Positions 8,780-17,789 of a stretch of DNA of 64,000 nucleotides are shown piece after piece. Location: positions 1,675 to 65,674 of the forward strand of contig CAIJFH010000027.1 in the NCBI GenBank assembly GCA_903819895.1, read 5' to 3'. Both the position numbers and the translations under genes were made by a program. The stretch's first letter is position 1. Every line of letters begins with the position of its first letter. The notes under the pieces are model-generated. The model was not told the origin of the DNA. It made no database searches and worked only from the letters and a program-made list of their open reading frames with translations. The DNA is from Candidatus Adlerbacteria bacterium (GTDB taxonomy: Bacteria; Patescibacteriota; Minisyncoccia; Phycocordibacterales; SBAW01).

Positions 8780-8837
8780 TTCCTACTTCACGCAGTTTCC
8801 CACGTGAGGGACGCCAAAATCGAGGCGTCCCTAGTCG

Positions 8838-8957
8838 TCAGCCGTTGGTACTCCGCCAGCTGACGGTGGTGGGCGGATCAACGTTGTTCCGCTCGACACC
8901 CGGCCCTCGGTGGCCACTCCGGAGGGCAGGCCGAAAAAGGGTCTTTTGCACGTGCAT
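8838..8957 (-). CDS. Orphan small peptide (37-39 aa)
   Basis: MHVQKTLFRPALRSGHRGPGVERNNVDPPTTVSWRSTNG; AAAGGGA upstream (a GTG start at 8951 is possible); lies between a promoter and hairpins. Confidence 0.4.
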   Translation of the reverse strand: MHVQKTLFRPALRSGHRGPGVERNNVDPPTTVSWRSTNG

Positions 8958-9036
8958 CCCTTTCGTGTTTGCCAGAGCGACGATGCTCTGGCGCGGCTGG
9001 TGCACCCAATAAGATTTAGACAGTGCACCCACCTAA

Positions 9037-9065
9037 ACAGTACGTTCATTCACTCTTCATGTCAA
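9037..9065 (-). promoter_or_regulatory. Sigma70 promoter
   Basis: TTGACA-17 nt-TACTGT on the minus strand. Confidence 0.65.
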
Positions 9066-9133
9066 CAACAGATCTTGGATTGTTTGGATAGGGAAGTGGT
9101 GGAGAATGGTCGGGTGTGATAAAATACTGCTAT

Positions 9134-9781
9134 ATGGTGATCAGCTACCTCGGCGGTGAGTGTTTTAAAATTACCCAAGGCGATTTGACGATCGCAGTTA
9201 ACCCGCCCTCCAAGGACTCGACGCTGAAAGGTGTTAAGTTTGGCGCGGATATCACGCTCGTGTCGCAGGATCACCCCGACTTTAATGGTGTCGAGAGCAA
9301 CATTTTTGGCGAGCGCGAGCCGTTTGTCGTGCGCGGCCCCGGCGAGTACGAGGTGCGCGGCGTGGCGATCCGCGGCTTTGCGTCTGAGTCGCACTATGGC
9401 TTTTCTAATGGCAAGGCGGGGGCAGTGGAGGAATCTCATGTGAATACTATATATAGTATCGTCTTGGAGGGGATGAACCTCTGCTTTTTGGGTGCGCTCG
9501 GCTCGGCAACACTCCCCACTGCCGCCAAGCAGGAGTTGGATGATATTGATATACTATTTCTACCAATTGGAGGAGACGGCATTATCGACTACGCCGAGGC
9601 GTACAAATTGGCGGTGCAGTTGGAGCCCCGGGCAATTATCCCGATGCACTATACTCCCGAGACGCTCAAGCATTTTCTGAAGGAGGCGGGTGCAGACACG
9701 GTCGAGCCGCAGGAAAAACTGACGGTCAAAAAGAAGGATTTGGAAGGGAAGGAAAATGAGATTGTCGTGCTCGCATCGTAG
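9134..9781 (+). CDS. MBL-fold metallo-hydrolase-like protein (degenerate metal site)
   Basis: ISYLGGECFKI, GPGEYEV.GV, DIDILFLPIGG and IIPMHY motifs; HxHxDH replaced by SQDHPDF. Confidence 0.8.
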   Translation: MVISYLGGECFKITQGDLTIAVNPPSKDSTLKGVKFGADITLVSQDHPDFNGVESNIFGEREPFVVRGPGEYEVRGVAIRGFASESHYGFSNGKAGAVEESHVNTIYSIVLEGMNLCFLGALGSATLPTAAKQELDDIDILFLPIGGDGIIDYAEAYKLAVQLEPRAIIPMHYTPETLKHFLKEAGADTVEPQEKLTVKKKDLEGKENEIVVLAS

Positions 9782-9807
9782 TTACTTGTAGTGAGCGAAG
9801 TCGAACT

Positions 9808-10134
9808 ATGAAAAAATATTTGCATCATATAAAATCCAAGCCGACCCACGAGCGCCGCGAGCATGCGATGCGTGTTGCGGGCGTGGTGACCGCGCTGGTC
9901 TTTTTTGGGTGGATCAGTACACTGGGTGTGCGCTTGGCGATCCACAGCTCGGCTGCGTCGGTCGCGAGTGCAGGTGATTCGACCGCGAGTGGCGACAGTA
10001 CGAGCGCCAACCAAACGCAGTTGGCGGGCGTTGCCGCGGCAGACCAGACAACCAACACCGCGCAAGGTGGAGGCGACACCGACCCAAACGCCAACCATCT
10101 GGAGGTGGCGACAACCAGCGTCTTTGCGCAGTAG
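9808..10134 (+). CDS. Hypothetical single-TM protein
   Basis: Basic N-terminus, TM helix and Ser/Thr/Ala-rich tail. Confidence 0.6.
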   Translation: MKKYLHHIKSKPTHERREHAMRVAGVVTALVFFGWISTLGVRLAIHSSAASVASAGDSTASGDSTSANQTQLAGVAAADQTTNTAQGGGDTDPNANHLEVATTSVFAQ

Positions 10135-10164
10135 GTTCTCATCCCGCACACTTTTTCTATCCGT

Positions 10165-12753
10165 ATGGCTGATAAAAATACAAAAAAAATTGAAGAATCG
10201 GCGCCAATGCCCGAGCGTGTGAACGTGATAGATCGCAACATTTCAACCGAGATGCGCGAGTCGTACCTCGATTACGCAATGTCGGTGATTACGACACGTG
10301 CGCTCCCCGATGTGCGCGATGGTTTGAAGCCCGTGCACCGCCGCATCCTCTACGCGATGCATCGCATGGGGCTCACCCCGGGCGCACGTTTTCGCAAGTC
10401 GGCGGCAGTGGTTGGTGATGTGCTGGGTAAGTACCATCCGCACGGCGATATTTCTGTATACGATGCAATGGTCAAGATGGCGCAAGAGTTCTCGATGCGC
10501 TACCCATTGGTTATTGGCCAAGGAAACTTCGGCTCAATCGACGGCGACTCGGCAGCAGCGATGCGCTACACCGAGGCAAAGATGTCGTCGATGGCGTCGC
10601 TCTTGTTGAACGATCTCGAGAAGGAGACCGTCGACTGGCGCCCCAACTACGACGGCACACTCAAAGAGCCCGAGGTGCTGCCCGCTGCGGTGCCAAATAT
10701 TTTGCTCAACGGTACACTCGGCATCGCCGTTGGTATGGCGACCTCTATCCCGCCACACAACCTCACCGAACTCACCAACGCGCTCACGCATTTGATAGAA
10801 AACCCCGATGCGACGGTCGAGGATTTGATGGAGCATGTCTCGGGCCCCGACTTCCCCACAGGCGCGGTCGCGTTTAATAAAAAGGATTTGCTGCACGCCT
10901 ACACCACCGGCAAGGGCGGCGTCGTGGTGCGCGGCCAGGCCGAAATTGTCGAGGATAAAAAAGGCAACTTCCAAATTATCATCACCTCCATCCCATACCG
11001 CGTCAACAAGTCCGACCTCATTGTCCGCATCGCCGATTTGGTGCGCGATAAAAAAATCGATGGCATCAGAGGGCTCCGCGATGAATCAACCCGCGACATC
11101 CGCGTCGTGGTCGACCTCAAGGTTGGTGCGCATCCACAAAAGGTGCTCAACTTTCTCTACAAGCACACGGCGCTCGAGGACACGTTCCACTTCAACATGG
11201 TCGTCTTGGTCGACGGCGTGCCGCAAACGCTGTCACTCAAAGGGATCCTCCAAGAGTTTATCAAGCACCGCAAGGTGATCGTGAAGCGTCGCACTGAGTA
11301 CGATTTGCGCAAAGCGCAAGAGCGCGAGCACATTTTGCTTGGCCTCACCAAAGCCCTCGATCATATCGACGAGGTGATCAAGACGATTCGCGCGTCCAAG
11401 GATGTGCCGGACGCAGCAGCCAACCTCATCAAAAAGTTTAAATTTTCCGACCTGCAAGCGGCAGCGATTTTGGAGATGCGCTTGTCGCGTCTTGCAAACC
11501 TCGAGCGCAAGAAGGTCGAAGACGAGTTAGCAGAAGTACAGGCGATGATCGCTGAGTGGACCGCGCTCTTGGGGAGTGAAAAGAAGATGCTCAGTGTCGT
11601 CAAAACAGAAATTGTCGCTGCGGGCGAGAAGTTTGGCGATGATCGCAACACCAAAGTCATTAAGGGTGCCGCAGGTATCATCAACGTCGAGGACTTGGTG
11701 CCCGAGGAGGAGCAGGTGCTCGTCCTCACCTCCGGCGGCTACGTCAAACGCACCAACCCCGAGGAGTACAAACGCCAAAAGCGCGGCGGCGTTGGTGTGA
11801 TTGACCTTGATACAAAGGAGGAGGATTTTGTCACCACGGTCCTCACCACCTCGAGCCACAGCGACCTGCTCTTTTTTACCGACCTTGGCAAAGCGTATCA
11901 AATCAAGATGTACGAGCTCCCCGAAGGGAAGCGTTCGACCAAAGGCAAGGCGATCGTCAACTTTTTGTCGATTGGTGACAACGAAAAGGTCACGAGTGTC
12001 TTGCCGATGCGCCTCTCTGCACACTCGACCAAGGGTAAAAAATCTGCCAAGGCGGATGGTGCGTCTGGCAAGGATGATGCTGCCGAGGGATCGCAGTCGC
12101 TGTACATGATCACCAAGTTGGGTGTCGCCAAGAAAGTTGATGCGACCGCGTTCCACGATGTGCGAAGATCGGGGCTCATCGCGATGCGGCTCGACGCAGG
12201 CGACCAGCTCATCGCAGCGCTGTTGGTGGGTAAGGGGGATGAAATTGTCCTCACCTCGCAGCGTGGGCAAGCGATCCGCTTTAAAGAAAGTGACATCCGC
12301 TCGATGGGTCGGACAGCCGGCGGCGTGCGCGGTATGAAGCTCGACAAAGACGATGTTATTGTCGGCGCCGATGTGGTGCGCCACGGCGACAAGGGGGCAG
12401 AGATCCTCGTCGTGACAAAGAATGGCTACGGCAAGACGACGCCTGCGAAAGAATATAAAACGCAGAATCGCGGCGGCTCGGGAATCAAGACGGTCAAAGT
12501 AACGCCAAAGACGGGGCAGCTGATCGCCGCGCGCGTGGTCTCAAAAGTTGGCGGCAATGCAAAGTCGTCTGGCAACGGCGACACGTCCGCCGACAACATC
12601 AACGACATGAGCGAGCTCGTCGTCGTCTCGCAAAAAGGCCAAGTGATCCGCACCGAGCTCTCCGAGATCCCATCCCTCTCGCGCGACACCCAAGGCGTCC
12701 GTATCATGAAACTCCGCGACGGCGACGCCATTGCGAGCTTTGTTTGTTTGTAA
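10165..12753 (+). CDS. gyrA: DNA gyrase subunit A
   Basis: [22 protein letters not shown] (catalytic Tyr), GyrA-box-like QKRGGVG and beta-pinwheel repeats. Confidence 0.97.
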   Translation: MADKNTKKIEESAPMPERVNVIDRNISTEMRESYLDYAMSVITTRALPDVRDGLKPVHRRILYAMHRMGLTPGARFRKSAAVVGDVLGKYHPHGDISVYDAMVKMAQEFSMRYPLVIGQGNFGSIDGDSAAAMRYTEAKMSSMASLLLNDLEKETVDWRPNYDGTLKEPEVLPAAVPNILLNGTLGIAVGMATSIPPHNLTELTNALTHLIENPDATVEDLMEHVSGPDFPTGAVAFNKKDLLHAYTTGKGGVVVRGQAEIVEDKKGNFQIIITSIPYRVNKSDLIVRIADLVRDKKIDGIRGLRDESTRDIRVVVDLKVGAHPQKVLNFLYKHTALEDTFHFNMVVLVDGVPQTLSLKGILQEFIKHRKVIVKRRTEYDLRKAQEREHILLGLTKALDHIDEVIKTIRASKDVPDAAANLIKKFKFSDLQAAAILEMRLSRLANLERKKVEDELAEVQAMIAEWTALLGSEKKMLSVVKTEIVAAGEKFGDDRNTKVIKGAAGIINVEDLVPEEEQVLVLTSGGYVKRTNPEEYKRQKRGGVGVIDLDTKEEDFVTTVLTTSSHSDLLFFTDLGKAYQIKMYELPEGKRSTKGKAIVNFLSIGDNEKVTSVLPMRLSAHSTKGKKSAKADGASGKDDAAEGSQSLYMITKLGVAKKVDATAFHDVRRSGLIAMRLDAGDQLIAALLVGKGDEIVLTSQRGQAIRFKESDIRSMGRTAGGVRGMKLDKDDVIVGADVVRHGDKGAEILVVTKNGYGKTTPAKEYKTQNRGGSGIKTVKVTPKTGQLIAARVVSKVGGNAKSSGNGDTSADNINDMSELVVVSQKGQVIRTELSEIPSLSRDTQGVRIMKLRDGDAIASFVCL

Positions 12754-12760
12754 AATCTTT

Positions 12761-13012
12761 ATGCTTGATAGAGAAAGTGACAATAAAATTATTGGTACAT
12801 TAGGTGCAACCAATACGAATCTCTTTCAAATACAGGGTACTCTTTCTAGTTTAGCGAGACAGTTTTCAGACTTAAACAAAAATCTGAGGGATTCGGCTGA
12901 ATCGTCCACAAAACTTACGAAAGCAATTAAAAACGTAACATTGTTTGGTGTCGGTGTCGCCGTTCTTTCTTTATGTTGGGATATTTACAAGACACTGTTT
13001 CTTCATGCCTAA
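12761..13012 (+). CDS. Hypothetical coiled-coil plus C-terminal TM protein (AT-rich)
   Basis: 83 aa with an amphipathic segment then VTLFGVGVAVLSLCW. Confidence 0.55.
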   Translation: MLDRESDNKIIGTLGATNTNLFQIQGTLSSLARQFSDLNKNLRDSAESSTKLTKAIKNVTLFGVGVAVLSLCWDIYKTLFLHA

Positions 13013-13020
13013 ATAGTCAT

Positions 13021-13302
13021 ATGAGGCAAGGACCAAAAAATATTTGTTCTCCACTGGAGCGTAAAACCCCCACACAATATTCAGGGCTGCAGCCAGATAG
13101 TGTAGATTTTCAGGAGTATTTTGATGCCTGGAGTTTGGAGGAACAGATAATGTGTGTGCGTTATGTAGAAAGAGATGCTTTTCGCTACGCATTTAAATTT
13201 GCGTTAGTTGTGGGCTTGATAATTGGTTTTTGCTTTGGCTTTCTTCTCGCTCAGAATCATTATTCTCGTGTGTTGATTGAGAAAGTCTTTGCTGGTCAGT
13301 AG
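13021..13302 (+). CDS. Hypothetical membrane protein (AT-rich)
   Basis: ORF with TM FALVVGLIIGFCFGFLLA; start uncertain. Confidence 0.4.
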   Translation: MRQGPKNICSPLERKTPTQYSGLQPDSVDFQEYFDAWSLEEQIMCVRYVERDAFRYAFKFALVVGLIIGFCFGFLLAQNHYSRVLIEKVFAGQ

Positions 13303-13408
13303 AAAATAGGTGCCAAGTATTTCTTCTGGCGCGTGTAGTAAGCAAGGCGTCGCCTTGCTAAAAAGCAAAAAAGCAAACCGTTGTCGAATTTTTTGCTATA
13401 CTTACGGT

Positions 13409-14392
13409 ATGGTACAGGCGAAGAAGAAAACAGGCGGGGTGGTGCTGTATCAGGCAAAGAACGGAGCGATTGAGCTGCGGGGTGATGCGTCACGCGAGAC
13501 GATTTGGGCGAACCGTATGCAGATGGCAGAAATCTTCGGCGTTAATCCACAGGCGATAACCAAGCATATCCAGCATATCTATGAGGAAAAAGAGTTGGAT
13601 CGAAAGGCAACTAGTTCCAAATTGGAACTAGTTCAAAACGAGTCTGGCAGAACAGTAAAACGACAGGTTGATATCTACAACTTGGACGTTATTATTGCTG
13701 TCGGCTATCGAATCAACTCGGTGATGGGGACAAACTTTCGCATCTGGGCGACCAAGACGCTGCGGGAGCATATTACAAAGGGGTACACCATCAACCGCAA
13801 GCAGATTGCCAAGAACTACGACGCGTTTATGAAAGTGGTTGGCGATGTGCAGGCGCTCTTGCCCGAGCATGTCGCACTCGACCCCAAAGGCGTGCTCGAA
13901 CTTATCAAAGAGTTTGCGGGCACGTGGGTGTCGCTCGACGCATACGACAAAGAGACACTCTCGACCAAAGGTGTCACCAAGAAGAGTGTGCGGCTTACTG
14001 GCGAGGAGTTGCGCACAGCGATTAGTGATCTCAAAAAAGAGTTGCTGCGCAAAGGCGAGGCAACAGAGCTCTGTGCTGCCGAGCGCGCGGCGGGGAGTGT
14101 CGAGGGAATTGTCGGCAACGTGATGCAATCCTTCGGCGGCAAGCCGGTTTACGCGACCGTCGAGGAGAAGGCAGCGCACCTCTTGTACTTTATGGTCAAA
14201 AATCATCCCTTTACCGACGGCAACAAGCGGTCGGGCGCTTTCGCGTTCGTGTGGTTCTTGCGAAAGACAGGCAGCCGTGGGAGCCGCAACATCAACCCAG
14301 CAGCGCTCACGGCACTGACATTACTTATTGCCGAAAGTAACCCGCACAAAAAAGATCAGATGGTCGCTCTGGTGACGCAGATGCTCAAATAG
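13409..14392 (+). CDS. RhuM-like / Fic-Doc fusion protein
   Basis: YNLDVIIAVGYRINS...FRIWAT (RhuM) and HPFTDGNKRSG (Fic/Doc). Confidence 0.88.
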   Translation: MVQAKKKTGGVVLYQAKNGAIELRGDASRETIWANRMQMAEIFGVNPQAITKHIQHIYEEKELDRKATSSKLELVQNESGRTVKRQVDIYNLDVIIAVGYRINSVMGTNFRIWATKTLREHITKGYTINRKQIAKNYDAFMKVVGDVQALLPEHVALDPKGVLELIKEFAGTWVSLDAYDKETLSTKGVTKKSVRLTGEELRTAISDLKKELLRKGEATELCAAERAAGSVEGIVGNVMQSFGGKPVYATVEEKAAHLLYFMVKNHPFTDGNKRSGAFAFVWFLRKTGSRGSRNINPAALTALTLLIAESNPHKKDQMVALVTQMLK

Positions 14393-14415
14393 ATAGTTGA
14401 TGGTATAGTACACTC

Positions 14416-14940
14416 ATGTCGTCGACGCATCGGCCCAAGGAGGATCAGAACGCGTGGAATATCTTTTTCTCTCTCGTCTTTGGCGGGATAGTGGTTGCTG
14501 CGCTGTGGTGGGTGTGGGGCAGGGGAGGCACCTTCCCACATGCGATACCGCTCTTTGACGCGCTACTCCTCTCGCTCGCGGCGTTTCGCATCACACGGCT
14601 GGTGGTGTATGACAAAATCATGCGCTGGTTCCGCGAGTTGTTTGTCGACGCGCGCGAGTATGACAAAGATGGTGCGACCTGGGTCGAGCTGGTGCCGCCT
14701 CGCGGTGGTGTGCGTCGCACGGTGCACGACTTGCTCGGCTGCCCATGGTGCATCGGCTTTTGGTCGGCGCTCATCGTCACTTGCTGCTACTACCTCTTTG
14801 CGTGGGCGTGGGTGGTGATTCTCTTTCTTGCGATCGCAGCGATGGGCTCGCTCTTTCAAATCATCGCCAATTTGGTTGGCTGGACAGCCGAAAACGGCAA
14901 GCTCGACGCGCACCGCAAAGAGCGCGAGCAAGAGCAGTAG
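14416..14940 (+). CDS. DUF1360-like membrane protein
   Basis: LAAFRITRLVVYDKI and LLGCPWCIGFW motifs. Confidence 0.75.
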   Translation: MSSTHRPKEDQNAWNIFFSLVFGGIVVAALWWVWGRGGTFPHAIPLFDALLLSLAAFRITRLVVYDKIMRWFRELFVDAREYDKDGATWVELVPPRGGVRRTVHDLLGCPWCIGFWSALIVTCCYYLFAWAWVVILFLAIAAMGSLFQIIANLVGWTAENGKLDAHRKEREQEQ

Positions 14941-14999
14941 TATACAAAGGACAGTCCTTGGCATGCCGCCCGCGCGATTTTCTTTGCTACAATAGACGC

Positions 15000-15650
15000 A
15001 TGCAATCCATACGCGCATTCCAAAAACAAGTGCGCCGTGGGGTCGCGCGCCGCGTTGCACGAGTCAAACATTTTGCGGGGCTCATTCTCTTTCTCTTTAT
15101 CTCGCCCATCGTGATCCTCTACTTTGGCATCATCCCGTTTTCTGCACGGCTGTGGATACTCGGGCTGTACATGCTCGTTGCAATCAGTATTGTCATCCGC
15201 CAAGAGCGCTCGCTGCGCAGTTTGGGGATGCGCAGCGACAATCTCAAGACAACCGTCGTGCCCTACACCATCTTTACCTTGGTGAGCGTGCTGCTCTTGC
15301 TCCTCTTTGCACACATTCTCGGCAAAGAGCCGATACCCGAGTGGACACACAACTCGAGCTTGCTCTTTCTCTTTATCCCGATCAGCTTTACGCAGGAGTT
15401 TCTCTACCGGAGCGTCCTCATGACCGAGCTGCGCCGATTTTATGCATCAATCATCTCGGTGATTATCGTCAACTCGCTGCTGTTTACCTTTCTCCACATC
15501 ATCTACGGCGAGCCGTTTATCACGCTGCCCTTGGCGCTGGTCGCGGGGGTCGGCTTCTCGTTTATGTATTACAAATATCCCAACTTGTGGATGATCGCCC
15601 TGTCGCACAGTATCCTCAACTTTGTCGCCGTGCTGTACAGCTTTTTTTAG
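15000..15650 (+). CDS. CPBP/Abi (CAAX) family intramembrane metalloprotease
   Basis: QEFLYRS, FTFLH and HSILN motifs; multiple TMs. Confidence 0.8.
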   Translation: MQSIRAFQKQVRRGVARRVARVKHFAGLILFLFISPIVILYFGIIPFSARLWILGLYMLVAISIVIRQERSLRSLGMRSDNLKTTVVPYTIFTLVSVLLLLLFAHILGKEPIPEWTHNSSLLFLFIPISFTQEFLYRSVLMTELRRFYASIISVIIVNSLLFTFLHIIYGEPFITLPLALVAGVGFSFMYYKYPNLWMIALSHSILNFVAVLYSFF

Positions 15651-15691
15651 GGTCGATTTCGTGGTACGGTAGTGGAGTTCGCACAGCAGTC

Positions 15692-15767
15692 GCACCCTTA
15701 GCTCAGTTGGTAGAGCACACCCTTCACACGGGTGGGGTCGCAGGTTCGAGTCCTGCAGGGTGCACCA
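15692..15767 (+). tRNA. tRNA-Val(CAC)
   Basis: Cloverleaf GCACCCT...AGGGTGC-ACCA; anticodon arm CACCC-TT-CAC-AC-GGGTG; T arm GCAGGTTCGAGTCCTGC. Confidence 0.95.
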
Positions 15768-15914
15768 CCCTGAGCAAGCAACCTGCGTTGCTTGCGTCAG
15801 GACGAGAAAGGCGGAGCATGTCGAGCCCAGCAGGGCGAGGCAGCGAGCCGGGGTCGCGGTCGAGGATGCGCGACGGCGCAGACGAGAACCGTGACCGAGT
15901 CGTTAGCAATAGTG

Positions 15915-15985
15915 CGGGCTGTAGTATACCGGTAGTACGCGCGCTTCGGGTGCGTGAAGACCGGGTTCGATTCCCGGCAGCCCGA
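15915..15985 (+). tRNA. tRNA-Pro(CGG)
   Basis: CGGGCTG...CAGCCCG-A; anticodon arm CGCGC-TT-CGG-GT-GCGTG; T arm CCGGGTTCGATTCCCGG; CCA not encoded. Confidence 0.92.
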
Positions 15986-16005
15986 CAAGTAGTGTAGAGT
16001 AAGTG

Positions 16006-16055
16006 AGACCGAGTTCGACCCGCCTGCCGGCGGGCAGGTTCCCGGCAGCCCGACA
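16006..16055 (+). pseudogene. Duplicated 3' half of tRNA-Pro interrupted by a 20-bp palindrome
   Basis: AGACCGAGTTCGA-[CCCGCCTGCCGGCGGGCAGG]-TTCCCGGCAGCCCGACA compared with 15958-15987. Confidence 0.75.
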
Positions 16056-16101
16056 GAGTTTTTTTGTGTTACATTAATACGCGTGCCACATCGGCACGTT
16101 A

Positions 16102-16172
16102 GGGCCCATAGTTAAGTGGTAAAACGCTGCATTCGCATTGCAGAGGCGCGAGTCCGATTCTCGCTGGGTCCA
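16102..16172 (+). tRNA. tRNA-Ala(CGC)
   Basis: GGGCCCA...TGGGTCC-A with G3:U70; anticodon arm CTGCA-TT-CGC-AT-TGCAG; T loop TCCGATT. Confidence 0.9.
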
Positions 16173-16179
16173 CAAATCA

Positions 16180-16209
16180 TTGACAGATAAGAACATTCTG
16201 TTCTACATT
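16180..16209 (+). promoter_or_regulatory. Promoter of the radical SAM gene, with palindromic spacer
   Basis: TTGACA-18 nt-TACATT; the spacer holds AGAACA-TTC-TGTTCT. Confidence 0.55.
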
Positions 16210-16257
16210 GTTTGTAGACGATCTCCGACACAACCTCGCAAGAAAGGATTCTGCGTT

Positions 16258-17553
16258 ATGTACAGAGAGTTAAAGTCTCCTGTTGCGGTCCAACTGGAAC
16301 TAACGACAGGATGCAATGAAAGGTGCGTCCATTGCTACAACCACTGGAGAAGATCCTCCGAAGAAGACAGGACTTTGACCGAGGATGACGTCCGGCGAAT
16401 CATCGAGAACCTCAAGGATAGCGAAGTTCCAAACCTGCTCATCACAGGCGGAGAACCGATGCTCTACCCCGACCTATTGATCCGCACACTTGAACTTGGG
16501 AGGGAAGCTGGCCTCAAGTGCTCGCTGAACTCCAATTTGACGCTCGTGACGCCAGAGCTTGCTCGAGAGCTGAAAAGGCTCAAGGTCGGCATACTGACAT
16601 CGATCCTATCTTTTGACGAGAGACTGCACGATAAGCTCACAACCGTGCCTGGTTCCTTCGACATGCTCGTCAAGGGAATCAGGTTGGTCAGGGAATACGA
16701 AATCCCCGTTGGCGCGAACATGGTCGTGATGCAAATGAATGTGGACCAAATCTACGAGACGGGTAGGTTTATTCATAGCATGGGCGTGACTGCGTTTCGG
16801 GCAACGAAAGTACATCCCGCCCAAGGATCCCCATGCTTCGAGAGGATCAAGCTCCCTTCGGAACGCATTGTCGACATTTTCGACACCTTGATTAGGTTGC
16901 GGGATGAGCTCGGACTCGACGTCGATTCTCTGACTACCTACCCCACCTGCCTCCTCAAGGATATGAGCCGCTACGGCCAATTCGTCTCGAGAAGGAGCTG
17001 TAGCGCTGGAAAGACTGGCTGCACAATCGGCGCGGACGGACAAGTTCGCCCGTGCGGTCATTCCGACAACACCTACGGCAACTCTATTGTCGAGCCGCTT
17101 CTCGAAATCTGGCCTAGATTGCGGGAGTGGCGAGACGGCTCGCTGTTACCAACGGAATGCAAAGAATGCAAGCATGTTATTCAATGCAGCGGCGGCTGTC
17201 GTATGGATTGCAAGCACTACGGCAACATCAGTGGGATGGATCCATACGCCCCGGGCAAAGACTTCGCGTACACACCCCAACAACGAGAGGAGGTCACGCC
17301 TCTTGATCCTGAATCGGAGCTGGTCGTTAACTCGACCCTTCGCCTGAGAATCGAGACATTCGGCACAGCACTGATTGTCGATGGGAACTTCAAATCTATC
17401 GTCACCTCTGACACGGCCGAATTGTTGGAGCAGCTACGGAATGCAACTTTCACGCTCGGCTCAATCTCTGAGGAGTATGGTCTTGAGGTGGACATGCTGT
17501 GCAAGTTCTTTGCCAGCTTGCACGCCTTGAGAGTCGTCTACTTTGCCAGCTAG
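16258..17553 (+). CDS. Radical SAM/SPASM peptide maturase with C-terminal PqqD/RRE-like domain
   Basis: AAAGGA RBS; CNERCVHC and ITGGEP motifs; SPASM C.AG...I.ADG.V.PC...CKEC.....CSGGC; extra ~80 aa C-terminal beta3-alpha3 module. Confidence 0.88.
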   Translation: MYRELKSPVAVQLELTTGCNERCVHCYNHWRRSSEEDRTLTEDDVRRIIENLKDSEVPNLLITGGEPMLYPDLLIRTLELGREAGLKCSLNSNLTLVTPELARELKRLKVGILTSILSFDERLHDKLTTVPGSFDMLVKGIRLVREYEIPVGANMVVMQMNVDQIYETGRFIHSMGVTAFRATKVHPAQGSPCFERIKLPSERIVDIFDTLIRLRDELGLDVDSLTTYPTCLLKDMSRYGQFVSRRSCSAGKTGCTIGADGQVRPCGHSDNTYGNSIVEPLLEIWPRLREWRDGSLLPTECKECKHVIQCSGGCRMDCKHYGNISGMDPYAPGKDFAYTPQQREEVTPLDPESELVVNSTLRLRIETFGTALIVDGNFKSIVTSDTAELLEQLRNATFTLGSISEEYGLEVDMLCKFFASLHALRVVYFAS

Positions 17554-17661
17554 CACTTGTACTAAAATTGTGCTAGAAACAAACAAGAAAGGAGGCATCC
17601 TAGGAGTTCCCGAGAAGGTTAAGCCGACCACTAAACAACGTAAACAGCGAGGAGATAAGCC

Positions 17662-17778
17662 GTGAAGACACTGAATCTGGGTTTCGTCTCGATGACCACT
17701 ATCAAGGGGCGGGAACCCCAACCCATCCTTGGTCTGGATAGTTGCGACTGTTGGTGTGACTACGACAAGGGGAACTAA
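17662..17778 (+). CDS. Putative RiPP precursor peptide (38 aa)
   Basis: GAGGAG-N7-GTG; MKTLNLGFVSMTTIKGREPQPILGLDSCDCWCDYDKGN*; directly downstream of the rSAM gene and followed by two hairpins. Confidence 0.75.
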   Translation: MKTLNLGFVSMTTIKGREPQPILGLDSCDCWCDYDKGN

Positions 17779-17789
17779 TCCCCCAATGA

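Noticed and set aside
9789-9808. TAGTGAGCGAAGTCGAACTA, resembling another short repeat family
   Set aside because: Only one copy in the window, so repeat status cannot be shown here.
12002-12070. Imperfect hairpin under a Lys/Ala-rich insertion in the GyrA C-terminal domain
   Set aside because: Pairing needs several G-T wobbles and a bulge, which is compatible with chance at this GC content.
16138-16257. N-terminal extension of the rSAM ORF from 16138
   Set aside because: It overlaps tRNA-Ala and the promoter; the RBS supports ATG 16258.
17570-17665. 31-codon ORF (MLETNKKGGILGVPEKVKPTTKQRKQRGDKP) whose TGA overlaps the precursor GTG
   Set aside because: No RBS before its GTG and no modifiable core; more likely the precursor's leader region, though translational coupling is not excluded.
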